Part shown: in pieces, positions 1 through 12,491 of the stretch
How positions within the stretch are numbered: the first letter of the stretch is position 1
Layout of the letters: every line of letters begins with the position of its first letter
NCBI GenBank assembly: GCA_963575745.1
Contig: CAUYUJ010000001.1
Location: 806,001-870,000 of the forward strand
Source of the DNA: Prorocentrum cordatum
Lineage: Eukaryota
Direction of reading: 5' to 3'
DNA length: 64,000 bases
Notes under the pieces: model-generated
What the model was told of the DNA's origin: nothing
Seen by the model: only the letters and a program-made list of their open reading frames with translations
Database searches by the model: none
Position numbers and translations under genes: made by a program

Positions 1-294
1 TGGGTCTGGGATCCTTGGAGCCACGGATTGAACAAATAACATTGGCGGATGTCTGGGAAGAGGGGGTTGGGGACTCGGGGGCTGCGAATATCATGCCCGG
101 GGCCATAAGATCTCCCTGATTTCGTGGCTAATTACTCTTCATCTTCAAGCGAATGCGCGTACAGAAATATAGGACTCCCCATTGGAGCAACAAAGTGTTT
201 CAACATGTCTGAAGAGATATCTTTCCGGTTGTGAAAACTACCCCGAGCAGTGCCTGCACTCAGGGGCGCCGTACTTCTGTTCGAAGTAACTGGG

Positions 295-690
295 CATTGG
301 TGTCGGTCTGGCGGCTCCATGCTCGCCGTCGCCGCCCCGACGCCGCCTCGTCGCCGCCCGTCGTCAGGGCATGGGTCTCGGTCTGTCGGCTCCGTGCTCG
401 CCGTCGCCGCCCCGTCGCCGCCCGTCGTCTGGGCCTGGGTGTCGGTCTGGCGGCTCCGTGCTCGCCGTCGCCGCCCCGTCGCCGCCCGTCGTCAGGGCCT
501 GGGTGTCGGTCTGGCGGCTCCATGCTCGCCGTCGCCGCCCCGACGCCCCCCCGTCGCCGCCCGTCGTCTGGGCCTGGGGGTCGGTCTGGCGGCTCCGTGC
601 TTGCCGTCGCCGTGCCGTCGCCGCCTCGTCGCCGCCCGTCGTCTGGGCGTGGTTGTCGGTCTGGCGGCTCCGTGCTTGCCGTCGCCGCCC
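295..690. repeat. GC-rich minisatellite, ~6 units of ~60-80 bp
   Basis: Recurrent unit GGGTGTCGGTCTGGCGGCTCCGTGCTCGCCGTCGCCGCCCCGTCGCCGCCCGTCGTC; it explains the overlapping repetitive ORFs here. Confidence 0.9.
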
Positions 691-1079
691 AATCGCCCTC
701 TAGATTGTACAACGTAGATATACTGCACAGCATAGATGCTCCTAGTATAAAAGAATTCGGATCTCGCCCCCCCGGGATGATCGGTACCTTCTTGGGGTGC
801 GCAATTTACAGATGGCCTTGCCCCATCGGTCATTCTAAATCTGAATCCATACTATCCCAGGCGAGCCAGTATCGAATCCCCCCTTGTCTTTCTGATAAAC
901 ATACCATCGGTGCACACTCTTTCGTATCCAAAGATATGTTCCAAGAATCGGTAGCCAAGAAAGTGCGCGCGCGTCGTCGCACGCGCATGCCTTAAACAAA
1001 TAATTTTTGAATAAAAAACCAGTCAGAAATTCAAAACCGAGTGCCTCGACTAGCTTGCCGAAGGACCCACCTATATGAA

Positions 1080-1937
1080 GTTGTGCGTACCGCAATCGAC
1101 AATATCTTTTTCGTTGGCACTCCCTATGGGGCCACGAAACGTGTGAGGGGTGTGCCGAAATGGGTGCAGGGGACGCATGTGGACGGTAGCACTGGGGCCT
1201 TCGGTAGAGCTCCCTATGTGGCCACGAAACGTGCGAGGGGTGTGCCGAAATTGATGCGGGAGATGCATGTGAACGGTGGCACTGGGGCTTTCGGTGTCCC
1301 TATCAGGCCACGAAACGTGTGAGGGGTGTGCCGGAATGGGTGCGGGGGACGCATGTGGACGGTGACGCTGGTGCCTTCGGTAAAGCTCCCTGGGTGTGGG
1401 TGGCGCATGTGGACGGTGGCACGGGGCCTTCGGTGGAGCTCCCAATGGGGCCACGAAACGTGCGAGGGGTGTGCCGAAATGGGTGCGGAGGACGCATGTG
1501 GACGGTAGCACTGGGGCCTTCGGTGGAGCTCCCGATGGGGCCACGAAATTTGTGAGGGGTGTGCCGAAATTGATGCGGGGGACGCACGCGGACGATGACA
1601 TGTGGGCCTTCGGTGGAGCTCCCGATGGGGCCGCGACTCGTGTGAGGGGTGTGCCGGAAGGGGTGCAGAGGACGCATGTGGACGGTGGCACGGGGGCGTT
1701 CGGTGGACCTCTCTATGGGGCCACGAAACGTTTGAGGGGTGTGCCGAAGTGGGTGCGGGGGACGCCTGTGGACGGTGGCACTGGGGCCTTCGGTGGAGCT
1801 CCTTGTGTGGCCACGAAACATATGAGGGGTGGCCCGAAATGGGTGCGAGGGACGCATGTGGAAGGTAGCATGTGGGCCTTCGGTGGAGCTCCCTACGGTG
1901 CCACGAAACGTGTGAGGGGTGTGACGAAGACGATGGC

Positions 1938-1990
<53 letters not shown>

Positions 1991-2019
1991 GAATGTTAAT
2001 GGTGATGGTGATGGTGATG
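1080..2019 (+). repeat. ~90-bp satellite array (about 10 units) with 5' leader and (GAT)n tail
   Basis: Core GGCCACGAAACGTGTGAGGGGTGTGCCG recurs at ~1130, 1220, 1306, 1449, 1539, 1629, 1719, 1809, 1899 and is followed directly by (GAT)n at 1931-2019. Same family as 43775-45105 and 57710-57900. Confidence 0.92.
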
Positions 2020-2288
2020 GAGGAGGGAGGCGGGCAGCGGGAAAAGGAGTGATGACGTGGGGCGCTGTCTCTTCAAAACGAGGACCCATCACCACAGGAT
2101 GGTTGGGACAAGCACATAGAAACGAATGGCTTCGCACCAGGAATGTTCGAAACAACCTGCGCTCGCGCTTTTGCGAATCCTTAACCGAACCATAGGCGTT
2201 CAACCATTCTAATCATATGGTACCAAGCGGACCCCTCGCGCGCGCGCATGTCGAAATCTTCGAAAGAGCGTGTTCTACCGCTGCTGGC

Positions 2289-3222
2289 GGAAAACCGGGG
2301 GGGGTCACTACCGGTTCGAACCCCTCCCCCCCCCCCCTCCGGAAAACCGGGGGGGGTCACTACCGGTTCGAACCCCTCCCCCCCCCCCAGCTCATCATGA
2401 AAAGGGGGGGGGTCACTACCGGTTCGAACCCCCCCCCCCCTCGAAAACCGAGTGGGGGTGCGGACAGAGGTGGGGACGGTGTTGGTGGGACAGTGGTGAG
2501 GGGACAGCGGGACAGTGGTGGGGACAGTGGGACAGTGGGACAGTAGAGGGCCGGTAGTGGTGGGGACAGTGGTGGGGACAATGGTGGGAACAGGGGGGAC
2601 AGTGGACAGTGGTGGGGACGGTGGTGGTGGGGACAGTGGTGTGGGCACAGTGGGAATGAGGTGGAAACAGTGGGACAGTGGAGGGTACAATGGTGGTGGG
2701 GACAGTGGTGAAGGCGGTGGCGAGGACGGCGGTGGGACAATGGGACAGAGGTACAGTGGGGACAGTGGTGGGGACAGTGGGGACAGTGGTGGGAACAGTG
2801 GGACAGCTCAGTGGGACAGCGGCGGAGTCAGTGGGACAGTGGGGACAGTGGGGATAGTCGGGCAGTGGTTGGGGCCGTGGAGACAGTGGGGAGAGTGGAA
2901 CCGTGGTGGGAACAGTGGTGGGGACAGTGGGGACAGTGCGACAGTGGTGGGGGCACTGGTGGGGACACAGTGGGGACAGTGGTGGTGAGGACAGTGGTGC
3001 TGGGAACAACAGTGGAGGATGTGATGCGGACGGTGGTAGGGACCGGGAGTCGTTTGCTGGCGGTGAGTGGGGGGGTGGGAGGGGTTCGAACCGGTAGTGA
3101 TCCCCCTCCGGTTTTCGAGGGGGGTGGGGGGGTTCGAACCGGTAGTGACCCCCCCGGTTTTCCGGATCCGGAGGGGGGGGGGGGGGGGTTCGAACCGGTA
3201 GTGACCCCCCCCGGCTTTCGAG
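2289..3222. mobile_element. Foldback-like element: modular inverted arms around a GGGACAGT minisatellite
   Basis: Three direct copies of GGGGGTCACTACCGGTTCGAACCCC (~2300, 2352, 2408) and three reverse-complement copies (~3082, 3129, 3185). Interior 2466-3015 is (GGGACAGTG/GT)n. No coding capacity. Confidence 0.7.
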
Positions 3223-3639
3223 GGGGAGGGGGAGGGAGGGGGGGGGGGGAGGGTTACGGGGGGGAGGCTTTGCTGGGGAGGGGGGGGGGGAGGGGTTCCA
3301 GCAGGGGGGGGGGGATGTTCGGAGGGGAGGGGGGGGGGGGGCGACCCCCGGGCTCCGGAGGAAAAGGTGGGCAATTTTCCACAGTAAAGCGGCGGTGGGT
3401 CACGCTCTCTCAAATCTTCGAGAGCCCTTGCGCGCGTGCTGCCGCAAGAATCCTTTGCACAAAACGGGACGAAGTGCATACGCGCGCGCCGTCGCGCGCG
3501 CATGCTGATGTTGCTTTAACACCGCAAGTTCCGTAAGGATCGCAGAACCGAAAATCCCGAAAATACAAGACAACGAATGGTTTCGAAACTGCAATGTTCA
3601 AAAAGCCTGCGCTTGCACTCTTGCGATTTCTCAACAAAA

Positions 3640-3910
3640 CCATCGGTATTGAACATGTTCACCACATGCTACCGAACGTGCCCCGCGCGCACGCACGTCG
3701 AAATCATTCGAACGCCTTCGCGCGCGTGCTGGGGTGCACGACCCCTGTCAACGAATATTTTGCGGGCCACTCACGCGCGCCGACCGCACGCGCACGTCGA
3801 AACCCTCCTAAGCCATTGTCATCGACGCGAGGACACCAAGATCGCCATCGGCATGATCAGCATCGGCGCCGTCATTGCTTTTGCCGTCGTCATCGTCATC
3901 ATCGTCACCA
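3640..3910 (-). repeat. Inverted partial copy of the dispersed repeat found at 4283-4770, 5519-6000 and 7751-8260
   Basis: CATTCGAACGCCTT...CCCCTGTCAA...CGCGCGCCGACCGCACG...ATCGGCGCCGTCATTGC is the reverse complement of motifs at ~5775-5950. Confidence 0.75.
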
Positions 3911-4282
3911 CTATTGCAGTTCATCACCATCATCATCAGTATGACCACGCATTGCACCACGCAGGGTGCACAACATAAATTTCACCACACAGGTTGCACT
4001 GCACAGATGGCAAAACATTGGTCAAGCTAGATTGCACCACGTATATTGCACTGCATAGTTTGCTAGATACGCAAACATTGTTTGGGGTCCACGCTAGATA
4101 ATATATGTGGTGCAGCGGATGTGTTTCAAGCTACGTGGTTCACCTCATCAGATGCCATTGATGCTGACGTCCTCGTGCGCGACCCCCCACCCAGGCTCGC
4201 GCAATCATCCCACCCACCAACCAGCAACTTGGTTTGCAAAACCCATGCGGCGGCGATTGCGATGACTGCTTGGCACTAGCGG

Positions 4283-4770
4283 GTGCGTCGCTGCGGCCGC
4301 GCCACCGCGCGCAGGTTTGCACGCAGAGCGGTCAGCCAGTCTGGCGCGTCCGACGCGGCCGCGGTGGTGATGACAGCTGGGAACTGCTCAGCGCGTCTCG
4401 CAGGCCGCGCTGGCGCTCGGGCACATCAGTGCGAGTCGGTGAATCGGGCGGGCGCGGTATCACGGCGACGCCGGCAAGGGCAGACACGATGATGATAGTT
4501 GTGATGTTGGTGACGATGATGACAATGTCGGCGGCAATAACAATGACGGCGCCAATACTGATCATGCCGATGCCGTTGATGTTGTCCGCGCCTCGGTGGT
4601 GCAAATTGCTGGGGGGTCCGAAATGCGCGCGGTCTACGCGCGCGAGTGGTCCGAATGGTAATATTTGAAAAAAGGGACGTGCCGATTTCCCCCGAGCACG
4701 CGCGCAAGGGCGTTCGATCGATTCCGACATGGGCGCGCGAGGGGCCCGTGTGGTAGCATTCGATGAACAT
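4283..4770 (+). repeat. Diverged partial copy of the head of the 2.2-kb duplicated unit
   Basis: GCGGCCGCGGTGG..TGACAGCTGGGAACT...CATCAGTGCGAGTCGGTGA..CGGGCGGGCGCGGTATCA matches 5590-5700 and 7823-7925. Confidence 0.8.
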
Positions 4771-5518
4771 GTTGAGAAAACATAATATTAAAAAAGAAAC
4801 ATAAAAACGGTGTCCTTAAGAATTCGCAACAGCGCGACCGCAGATTTGTATGACAGCTCCGGTTGCGAAGCTATTAGTTATCATATGTTTCTGGGGCTCT
4901 CGATGTTGAGATCCTCACTACGCCGAACGTTTTTGAACGGTGCCGGCATGCGCGCGCGACGACGAACGCGCGTTCGTCTCATTTTTCTTAAGGGGGTTCT
5001 GGCCACAGCGCGCGCGCAAGGGCTGTCACGTGCGCGCGCGAGAAGCCCATTTGGTCGCATGTGATGAACCTGTGGCGACTACAATGTTTTTTCTGTTGAG
5101 CCGGCAAGAGCGTGAGCGCAGGCCTTGTGAAACAACTGTTGCGAAAACATGTGTTTTGAACGTGTTGGGGACAAGCGATTTCGACATCGTTCCGTCAACT
5201 ACGGTTTCAAACAGATTTCGGGACGCGCGCGCATACTCGTCGTCCCGCGCTTTGAAAAAGGAGCGTCGAAACAAATATTTGAAAATGAATCGCGCGCGCT
5301 GAATATTTTTGCCAAAGATAGAAAAAGTGGAGTTGATACCGGCTTCCGGCTCGGTTGGGATGGTACGAGTTCACATTCAGAAGGAACATTTGGGACAGCA
5401 TCATGTTGCAGTTGCACATGCATCGGGGGGATACCCTTCGGGGGGTAGGCCCCATGTTTTTTTGTACAACGGAAGGTTCATGTTTGTTCCTGAGTTGTCA
5501 GCTCCATTGCTCGGCTGG

Positions 5519-8500
5519 CGCTTCGCTGCGACCGCGCTAGCGTGCGCAGGCTCGCGCGCAGAGCGGCCAGCTAGTCTGGCCCGACCGGCGCGGCCGCGGT
5601 GGCGCTGACAGCTGGGAACTCCCCAGCGCATTTCGCGCCGCGCTGGCGCACTGGCGCATCAGTGCGAGTCGGTGATTCGGGCGGGCGCGGTATCATGGCG
5701 ACGTCGGCAATGGCAGACATGATGATGATGATAGTAGCGATGTTGGTGGCGATGATGAGAATGACGACTGCGATGGCAATGACGGCGCCGACGCTGATCA
5801 CGCCGATAGTGGTGATCGTGCCCACAAGTCGGTGATGGAAGTTTTGGAAGGATTTCCAAACGCGCGCGTCCGACGGGTGCGAGTGGCCCGCATGGTCATA
5901 TTTGACAGGGGCCGCGACACCCCAACACGCGGGCAAAGGCGTTCGAATGGTTTCGGCATGCGCGCGCATGCGCATGCAAGGCATTATCAACAGCACGCCT
6001 GCGCGTGCAACTCAACTTTGCTCCAGGGCCAATGAGGACCCGACGGGCCGGACAAATCCTGCCCCCCCAAAAATATATTTGTTTGCAACACCTTTTTCCC
6101 GCGTCCTTTCGCACGCCGACGTCCACCATCCACCACTCAGCATTCCGACTCCCAGTCTCCAGCATGCGACTTTTCAGTCCCGCCTCGATTTGTCGATTTC
6201 TGAGTTTTCACCAGTCTCATACTTTAGTTCAATTTTTCCGACTGTCCTACCGATTCCGACTCCAGTTCAGCGTTTTTCCCGCGGCGCATAGGTGGAACGG
6301 CATTTTGATCACCATTTTGAGTTCACCATTTTTTCTTAGAGTGCATCCAAAGCCCAGGGGCCACTGACGACGACACACCAGAGAAGGTGTTAGTCAAGCA
6401 TGGCCGCGAGGAACGCTGACCAAGACAAGGACGCTCGTCTGACCATCCACGCGGCTTGGACATGCTAGCTCATCCTCCGTCTCATGGCGTAACCCCGCAA
6501 CACGGGTGATACAAAAAGACCCAACATCCGCATCGTTGGTTATCTTGGATGCGCTGGCTATGTTGGAACCGTAACGTTGGTGAAACCAAGCACCGACAGC
6601 AGCAGCAGCAGCAGCGGCAGCTACAGCAGCAGCAGCAGTAGCAGCACGCCAGCTTCGACGCCGTGCGACGAGCACCACGTCTCTGGGCAACGTCTCGACG
6701 GTCACGACGCCAGGTCCAGCTCGGACCATGCACCGGCTCCAGCGCCAGACATGACAACAAATCCAAGGACAGTGTTGCTTCGCGACCGCACCAACTCCGA
6801 CACTGACTCAAACGCCAGCTCCATGCTGCACGACGGGCACCACGAGCAGCACGACGGACACCAAGAAGTTTATGACCACCATGTGCAGCACGACGATTAC
6901 CATGAACAACACGGCGGATGCCACGGGGAGCACGTGGATACCACGCCGATTGCCATCAACCCCACCACCCGCAACACCACCACAACCACGACCATCAGCA
7001 CCACGATGCCGACCCCGCATTGGTGTGGCTCTCATTCCGACTGTCGCCACTGGTTCTTTCGCACCTACCGCCGCTCCGGCAGTGGACACCAGCTCCGACC
7101 TCCGCTTCGATTCCTCTTCCTGTGCCTGCTCCAGCTTCGGCCCGACCCCCGACTCCAGCTCCAACTCCGGCGTCGACTACGTCTCCCGGCTCCGACCCCA
7201 GCTCCAGAATTCAGTGCAAGACCCTGGCGTGGGACGCTGCGCAGCCGGGTTCCTGGACAGCCCGGTACCACGGTGCTCGTCGCCAGTCGCCCTTCGGCCT
7301 CCATCCACACATGGGGCGGCTGCCAGCACGTGTGCTGCATCTACTTGTACCTCTATTTGACCTTCAACTCGTGAGCCCCTTCGTCACCTTTTCGCCCTCC
7401 ACTTCCTCCTGCCCTTCCTCTCCCTCGCTCCAGCTCCGCACGCGGCGGCGATACGATGGTAGGGGGTTCGTATCGTTGTTGTTGCCCGCGTATCAGCCCC
7501 TCGGACGGTCTTTTCCTTGGCTTGTGCCGGAGCAATTCTTCATTCACGGGTTATTGATGGGGAGCGCGTGTTTGCCTTCCTCTTTCTCCTTGTCCTTCTT
7601 CTCCAATCGTGCATGTCCCCGATCAGCGGGAGGATTGCGCACTGCTTCCGTGCCAGACGCGCTTGCGTGTGCTCTGCAAGCGGGCAATTCGTGCGGGCCG
7701 CTTGGTGGAGACCATACAGGTTGCCATTCTATGAGACATCAGGCTCAATCCGCTTTCGTTGCGACCGCGCCAGCGTGCGCAGGCTCGCGCGCACAGCGGC
7801 CACCTAGTCTGGCCCGACCGACGCGGCCGCGGTGGCGCTGACAGCTGGGAACTCCCCGGCGCATCTCGCAGGCCGCGCTGGCGCACTGGCGCATCAGTGC
7901 GAGTGATTCGGGCGGGCGCGGTATCACGGCGACGTCGGCAATGGCAGACATGATGATGATAGTAGCGATGTTGGTGGCGATGATGAGAATGACGACTGCG
8001 ATGGCAATGACGGCGCCGACGCTGATCACGCCGATGGCGATGATCGTGCCCACGAGTCGGTGATGGAAGTTTTGGAAGGATTTCCACACGCGCGCGTCCA
8101 ACGGGTGCGTGTGACCCGCATGGTCATATTTGACAGGGGCCGCGTCACCCCAACACGCGGGCAAAGGCGTTCGAATGGTTTCGGCGTGCGCGCGCATTCG
8201 CATGCAAGGCATTTGCAACAACACAAATGCACGTGCAACGAAACTGAGCTCCAGGGCCAATGAGGACCCGACGGGCCAGACAAATCTTGCCCCCCCCCCC
8301 CCAAAAAAATATACTTGTGTCCAACACTTTTTCCGCTTCCTTTCGCACGCCAACGTCCAGCATCCACCACTCAGCATTCCGACCCCCAGTCTCCAGCATG
8401 CAATCCTCCCGCCTCGATTTGTCGATTTTTGAGTGTTCACAAGTTCGAGAATTTAGTTCAAACTTCTCCGACTGTCCTACCGATTCCGACTCCAGTTCAG

Positions 8501-9971
8501 CGTTTTTCTCCCGCAATTCATAGGTAGAACGACATTTTGATCACCATTTTGAGTTCACCATTTGTTCTTGGAGTGCATCCAAAGCCCTGGGGCCACTGAC
8601 GACGACACACCAGAGAATTTGTTAGTCAAGCATGGCCGCGAGGAAAGTTGACCAAGACAAGGGCGTTCGTCTGACCATCCATGCGGTTTGGACATTTTAA
8701 CTTATCCTCCGTCTCATGGCGTAACCCCGCAAAATGGATGATACAAAAGGGCCCTACATCTGTATCGTTGGCTATATTGGATGCGCGGGCTATTTTGGAA
8801 CCGTGACGTTGGCGAAGCCAAGCATCGACAGCAGCAGCGGCAGCTACAGCAGCAGCAGTAGCAGCACGCCAGCTCCGACGCCGTGCGACGAGCACCACGT
8901 CTCTGGGCAACGTCTCGACGGTCACGACGCCAGGTCCAGCTCGGACCATGCACTGGCTCCAGCGCCAGACATGACAACAGATCCGAGGACAGTGTTGCTT
9001 GGCGACCGCGCCAACTCCGACATTGACTCCGACGCCAGCTCCATTCTGCACGACGGGCACCACGATCAGCACGACGGACACCAAGAAGTTTATGACCACC
9101 ATGTGCAGCACGACGATTACCATGAACAACACGGCGGATGCCACGGGGAGCACGTGGATACCACGCCGATTGCCATCAACCCCACCACCCGCAACACCAC
9201 CACAACCACGACCATCAGCACCACGATGCCGACCCCGCATTGGTGTGGCTCTCATTCCGACTGTCGCCACTGGTTCTTTCGCGCCTACCGTTCCGGCGGT
9301 CGACACCAGCTCCGACATCTGCTTCGGCTCCTCTTATTGTGCCTGCTCCAGCTTCGGCCCGACCCCCGACTCCAGCACCAACTCTGGCGTCGACTACGTC
9401 TCCCGGCTCCGACCCCAGCTCCAGAATTCAGTGCAAGACCCTGGCGTGGGACGTTGCGCAGCCGGGTTCCTGGACAGCCCGGTACTACGGTGCTCGTCGC
9501 CAGTCGCCCTTCGGCCTCCACCCACACTTGGGACGGCTGCCAGCACGTGTGCTGCATCTACTTGTACCTCTACCTGACCTTCAACTCGTGAGCCCCTTCG
9601 TCACCTTTTCGCCCTCCACTTCCTCCTGCCCCTCCTCCCCCTCCCTCCAGCTCCGCACGCGGCGGCGATACGATGGTAGGGGGTTCGTATCGTTGTTGTT
9701 GCCCGCGTATCAGCCCCTCGGACGGTCTTTTCCTTGGCTTGTGCCGGAGCAATTCTTCATTCACGGGTTTTTGATGGGGAGCGCGTGTTTGCCTTCCTCT
9801 TTCTCCTTGTCCTTCTTCTCCAATCGTGCATGTCCCCGATCAGCAGGAGGATTGCGCACTGCTTCCGTGCCGGACGCGCTTGCGTGTGCTCTGCAAGCGG
9901 GCAATTCGCGTGGGCCGCTTGGTGGAGAGCACAAAGGTTGCCATTCTATGAGACATCAGGCTCAATCCGCC
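5519..9971 (+). repeat. Head-to-tail tandem duplication, unit ~2.2 kb (copy 1 ~5519-7753, copy 2 ~7751-9971)
   Basis: Both copies start CGCTT(T)CG.TGCGACCGCGC.AGCGTGCGCAGGCTCGCG and end ATGAGACATCAGGCTCAATCCGC. ORFs 6577..7374 and 8734..9591 translate to near-identical sequences. Confidence 0.95.
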
Positions 9972-10353
9972 CTGAGACTGCGGGGCTGTCCCTCTCGCTT
10001 CTCGGCCTCTTCGGCCTTCCCCGCCAACTATCCTCTCTCCCTTTTTTGCATGTCCTCCTGCTGTTTGGGTCTCTTCAAGTTTTCTCTGATCATTTGGTGC
10101 GCGCTGCTTGGGAACGCCCCGAGCGCCTTGTCAGTAGAACCATGACATTATGGCGTGGGGTTGCTTTGAAAGAGAAACGACATGCGCGCGCGAAAGGTCC
10201 GCTTGGTCGCATGCAATAACATGTGGACAACACAAATTGTTTTCGCGCGAATTCGCAAGAGCGCGCGCGCGCAGAACTTTCTCGAAAAGTCATGGTGCAC
10301 AACCATACGTGTTTTTCACACACACACACATATATATAGGTATATATATATAC

Positions 10354-10386
<33 letters not shown>

Positions 10387-11236
10387 GGTGTGTGTTTCCG
10401 GGCCATTCGAATTTTGAAATCCGTTCGAAGCCTAAGATTGCTGAAATATTCCGGCATGCGCTCGCGACGACGCGCACGTGTGGATGTCGTATTTTTCGGC
10501 GCAGCCAACTCTTGTAAATTAGCGATGTTTGGTATACGCGTGCGCGCGCATAATTTTTGCAAAAGGTAACGCGGCGAGTCGATATTGGCCTGGTTGGAGC
10601 GATATGAATCTTTGTTTCAGATGAACGATGAGGCAGCAGTATATGCCATATGTAAAGTGCACATCCCCAGACGGGGCGCATAATCCCACCCTCGGCGGTG
10701 TGATAGACCGTCATAATTTAGAATTGGATGGTCCGATTCTTTGAAAACAAAACCTCGGCTGGAGAGCAATCGCTTCAGCTTCGGCGGTGGGAGAGGGCCT
10801 CATGCCCCCACCCTCCGAGTGTGGCCCTGGTTCGACAATGTTGCCTGGCGAGGTATGTGACTTTCATGGCACGGGACACGCATCGTGTCATATTAACGCG
10901 TGCCGTCATTGCGCATGTTGTACGTGTTCGGTTTGTTCTTTAAGCGGCTTGGAAAGGTTTAGCGCGCGCATACACACATTTGTGTGTATATATATACACA
11001 TATATATATATACACATACATGTACGCCCTGAGCTAGGGAACCGTCCCAGAGGACCTCGCAGAAAACCCTGGGAACGCTTGGCACCGCCCGAGAGCTCCC
11101 CGGAAACAAGAAGTCCGGGCCCGGAAGACCGGAAAAACAACCTCATTTCTCAGGTCTGCATGAGCCTTGGGGCTTTCCTCTTCGTGCCAGAGGCACGGTG
11201 ATCTACAATTGTATATATGTACACCCATATACACAC

Positions 11237-11257
11237 CCGTAGCCATGTTCGTTCAAG
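11237..11257 (+). other. Degenerate dinoflagellate spliced-leader relic at the 5' end of LINE-A
   Basis: CCGTAGCCATGTTCGTTCAAG vs DinoSL core CCGTAGCCATTTTGGCTCAAG, 18/21 identical; lies 110 nt upstream of the ORF1 ATG at 11368. Confidence 0.8.
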
Positions 11258-11367
11258 GCTTACCACTAGGGAGTGGCCCCTGAGTTGAATGTAAGTCCAC
11301 ACCCCAACCCAGCCACACCAGCGTGTGTCTTCGCACTTTCATCCCATCGGGCGCTTGCTCAGCACCC

Positions 11368-12491
11368 ATGCCGGCATGGAGTGGTCCAGGGCACGCTGGC
11401 GGTGGCCAGGGCGCGGTGTGGTTTGCCGGCCATCCTGGTGCACATGCCTGCTCGTCGTGATCTTCGGGGCACTCCGCGGAGTGGAGGAAAGACCCCGACG
11501 GCCGCTGGCATTGGATCGGCCAGACTCCAGGCACCGCTCCGCCCCGAACGAGGCAGTGGACGTGCAAGGGGTGTGGGACCTCGCGCACCACCAATAGCGC
11601 CTGCGGCACGTGCGGCATAAAGCGGAGCTACGCGGAGGTGGCGGCGGCTCCTGGGCACCCGCCTGTTGCCCCGCACCCGCCCTCGACGAACGCGGTGCGG
11701 GCGTAGATCCAGCAAGTGGATGCGTCGCCGAGGCGGCGCCGGCGCCGGCGCTCCCTCCCGCGGATCCACTGGCAGCGACGGCGGACGCGAGCGTCAAGCA
11801 CATGAAGGACGTGAAGAAGCAGCTGGAGGACTCCATCGCGGCGCTCCCGTCGCTGGCGGAGTTCGAACCCGCCCGTGCTGCCATCCAGGCGCAGCTCGAC
11901 GGCGTGGTCGCCCGCATCAGCAGCGCGGCCCCCCCAGGCGCGCGCCTCGACAGCGCCAGGGCTGCGCCCGACCGCACTCGTGCGCGCAAAGCGGCAGCGG
12001 CGGAGGCGCTGTCCAAGGTTCGTGCGGCTTTGGAGGCCGCCGACGCCGAGTGCGCGCAGCTTTCCAACGAAGTCGAGGCCCTGAAGGCCGAGATGGCTCC
12101 TGCAGCGGCTGCCCCGCCGCGCACCTCCTCGCAGGTACAGCGGTTAGAGGAGGCGGCCACGGACATGCTATCGGAGCTGGCGGCGGTTGGGGGCGCGGAT
12201 CCCATGCACGCGCAGGTCGCGACAGAGCTTTCCCACCAGCTGGTGAAGGGCTTCCAGGAGTCGCTCGCCCAGGCGCGGGCGGCCGCAAGGGCGGCGGAAT
12301 TGAATCAGCCTCGGAGGCTGGTTGGTAAGCAGCCGCTGCCCGAGCCCTCTTCGGCCCAGATGGCCATCGACCAGCCCGCGCCCACCCGCTTGAACGGCAA
12401 GCAGGCGAAGAAGGTCACTCTGCAGGACTTCTGGCCAGGGGTATGGCGCAAGGTGCTCAAGTCGGCGGTCGGCAAAAAGTGTTCGACGTGA
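11368..12491 (+). pseudogene. LINE-A ORF1 (C4 zinc finger plus Ala-rich coiled coil), with a premature stop and a frameshift
   Basis: From ATG 11368: TGA at 11458, then WTCKGCGTSRTTNSACGTCGIKRSYAEVAA from 11557. Continues in the frame of ORF 11610..12491 (VKHMKDVKKQLEDSIAAL...LEAADAECAQLSNEVEALKAEM). Confidence 0.7.

Noticed and set aside
2300..2432. tRNA genes suggested by GGTTCGAACC (also GTTCGAATCC at ~17163)
   Set aside because: No cloverleaf, D-arm or A box; the motif is part of tandem modules.
11212..11234. 23-bp TSD for LINE-A (with 16154-16176, 17/23 identical)
   Set aside because: Both tracts are degenerate (TA)n, so the similarity is uninformative; not called as a TSD.
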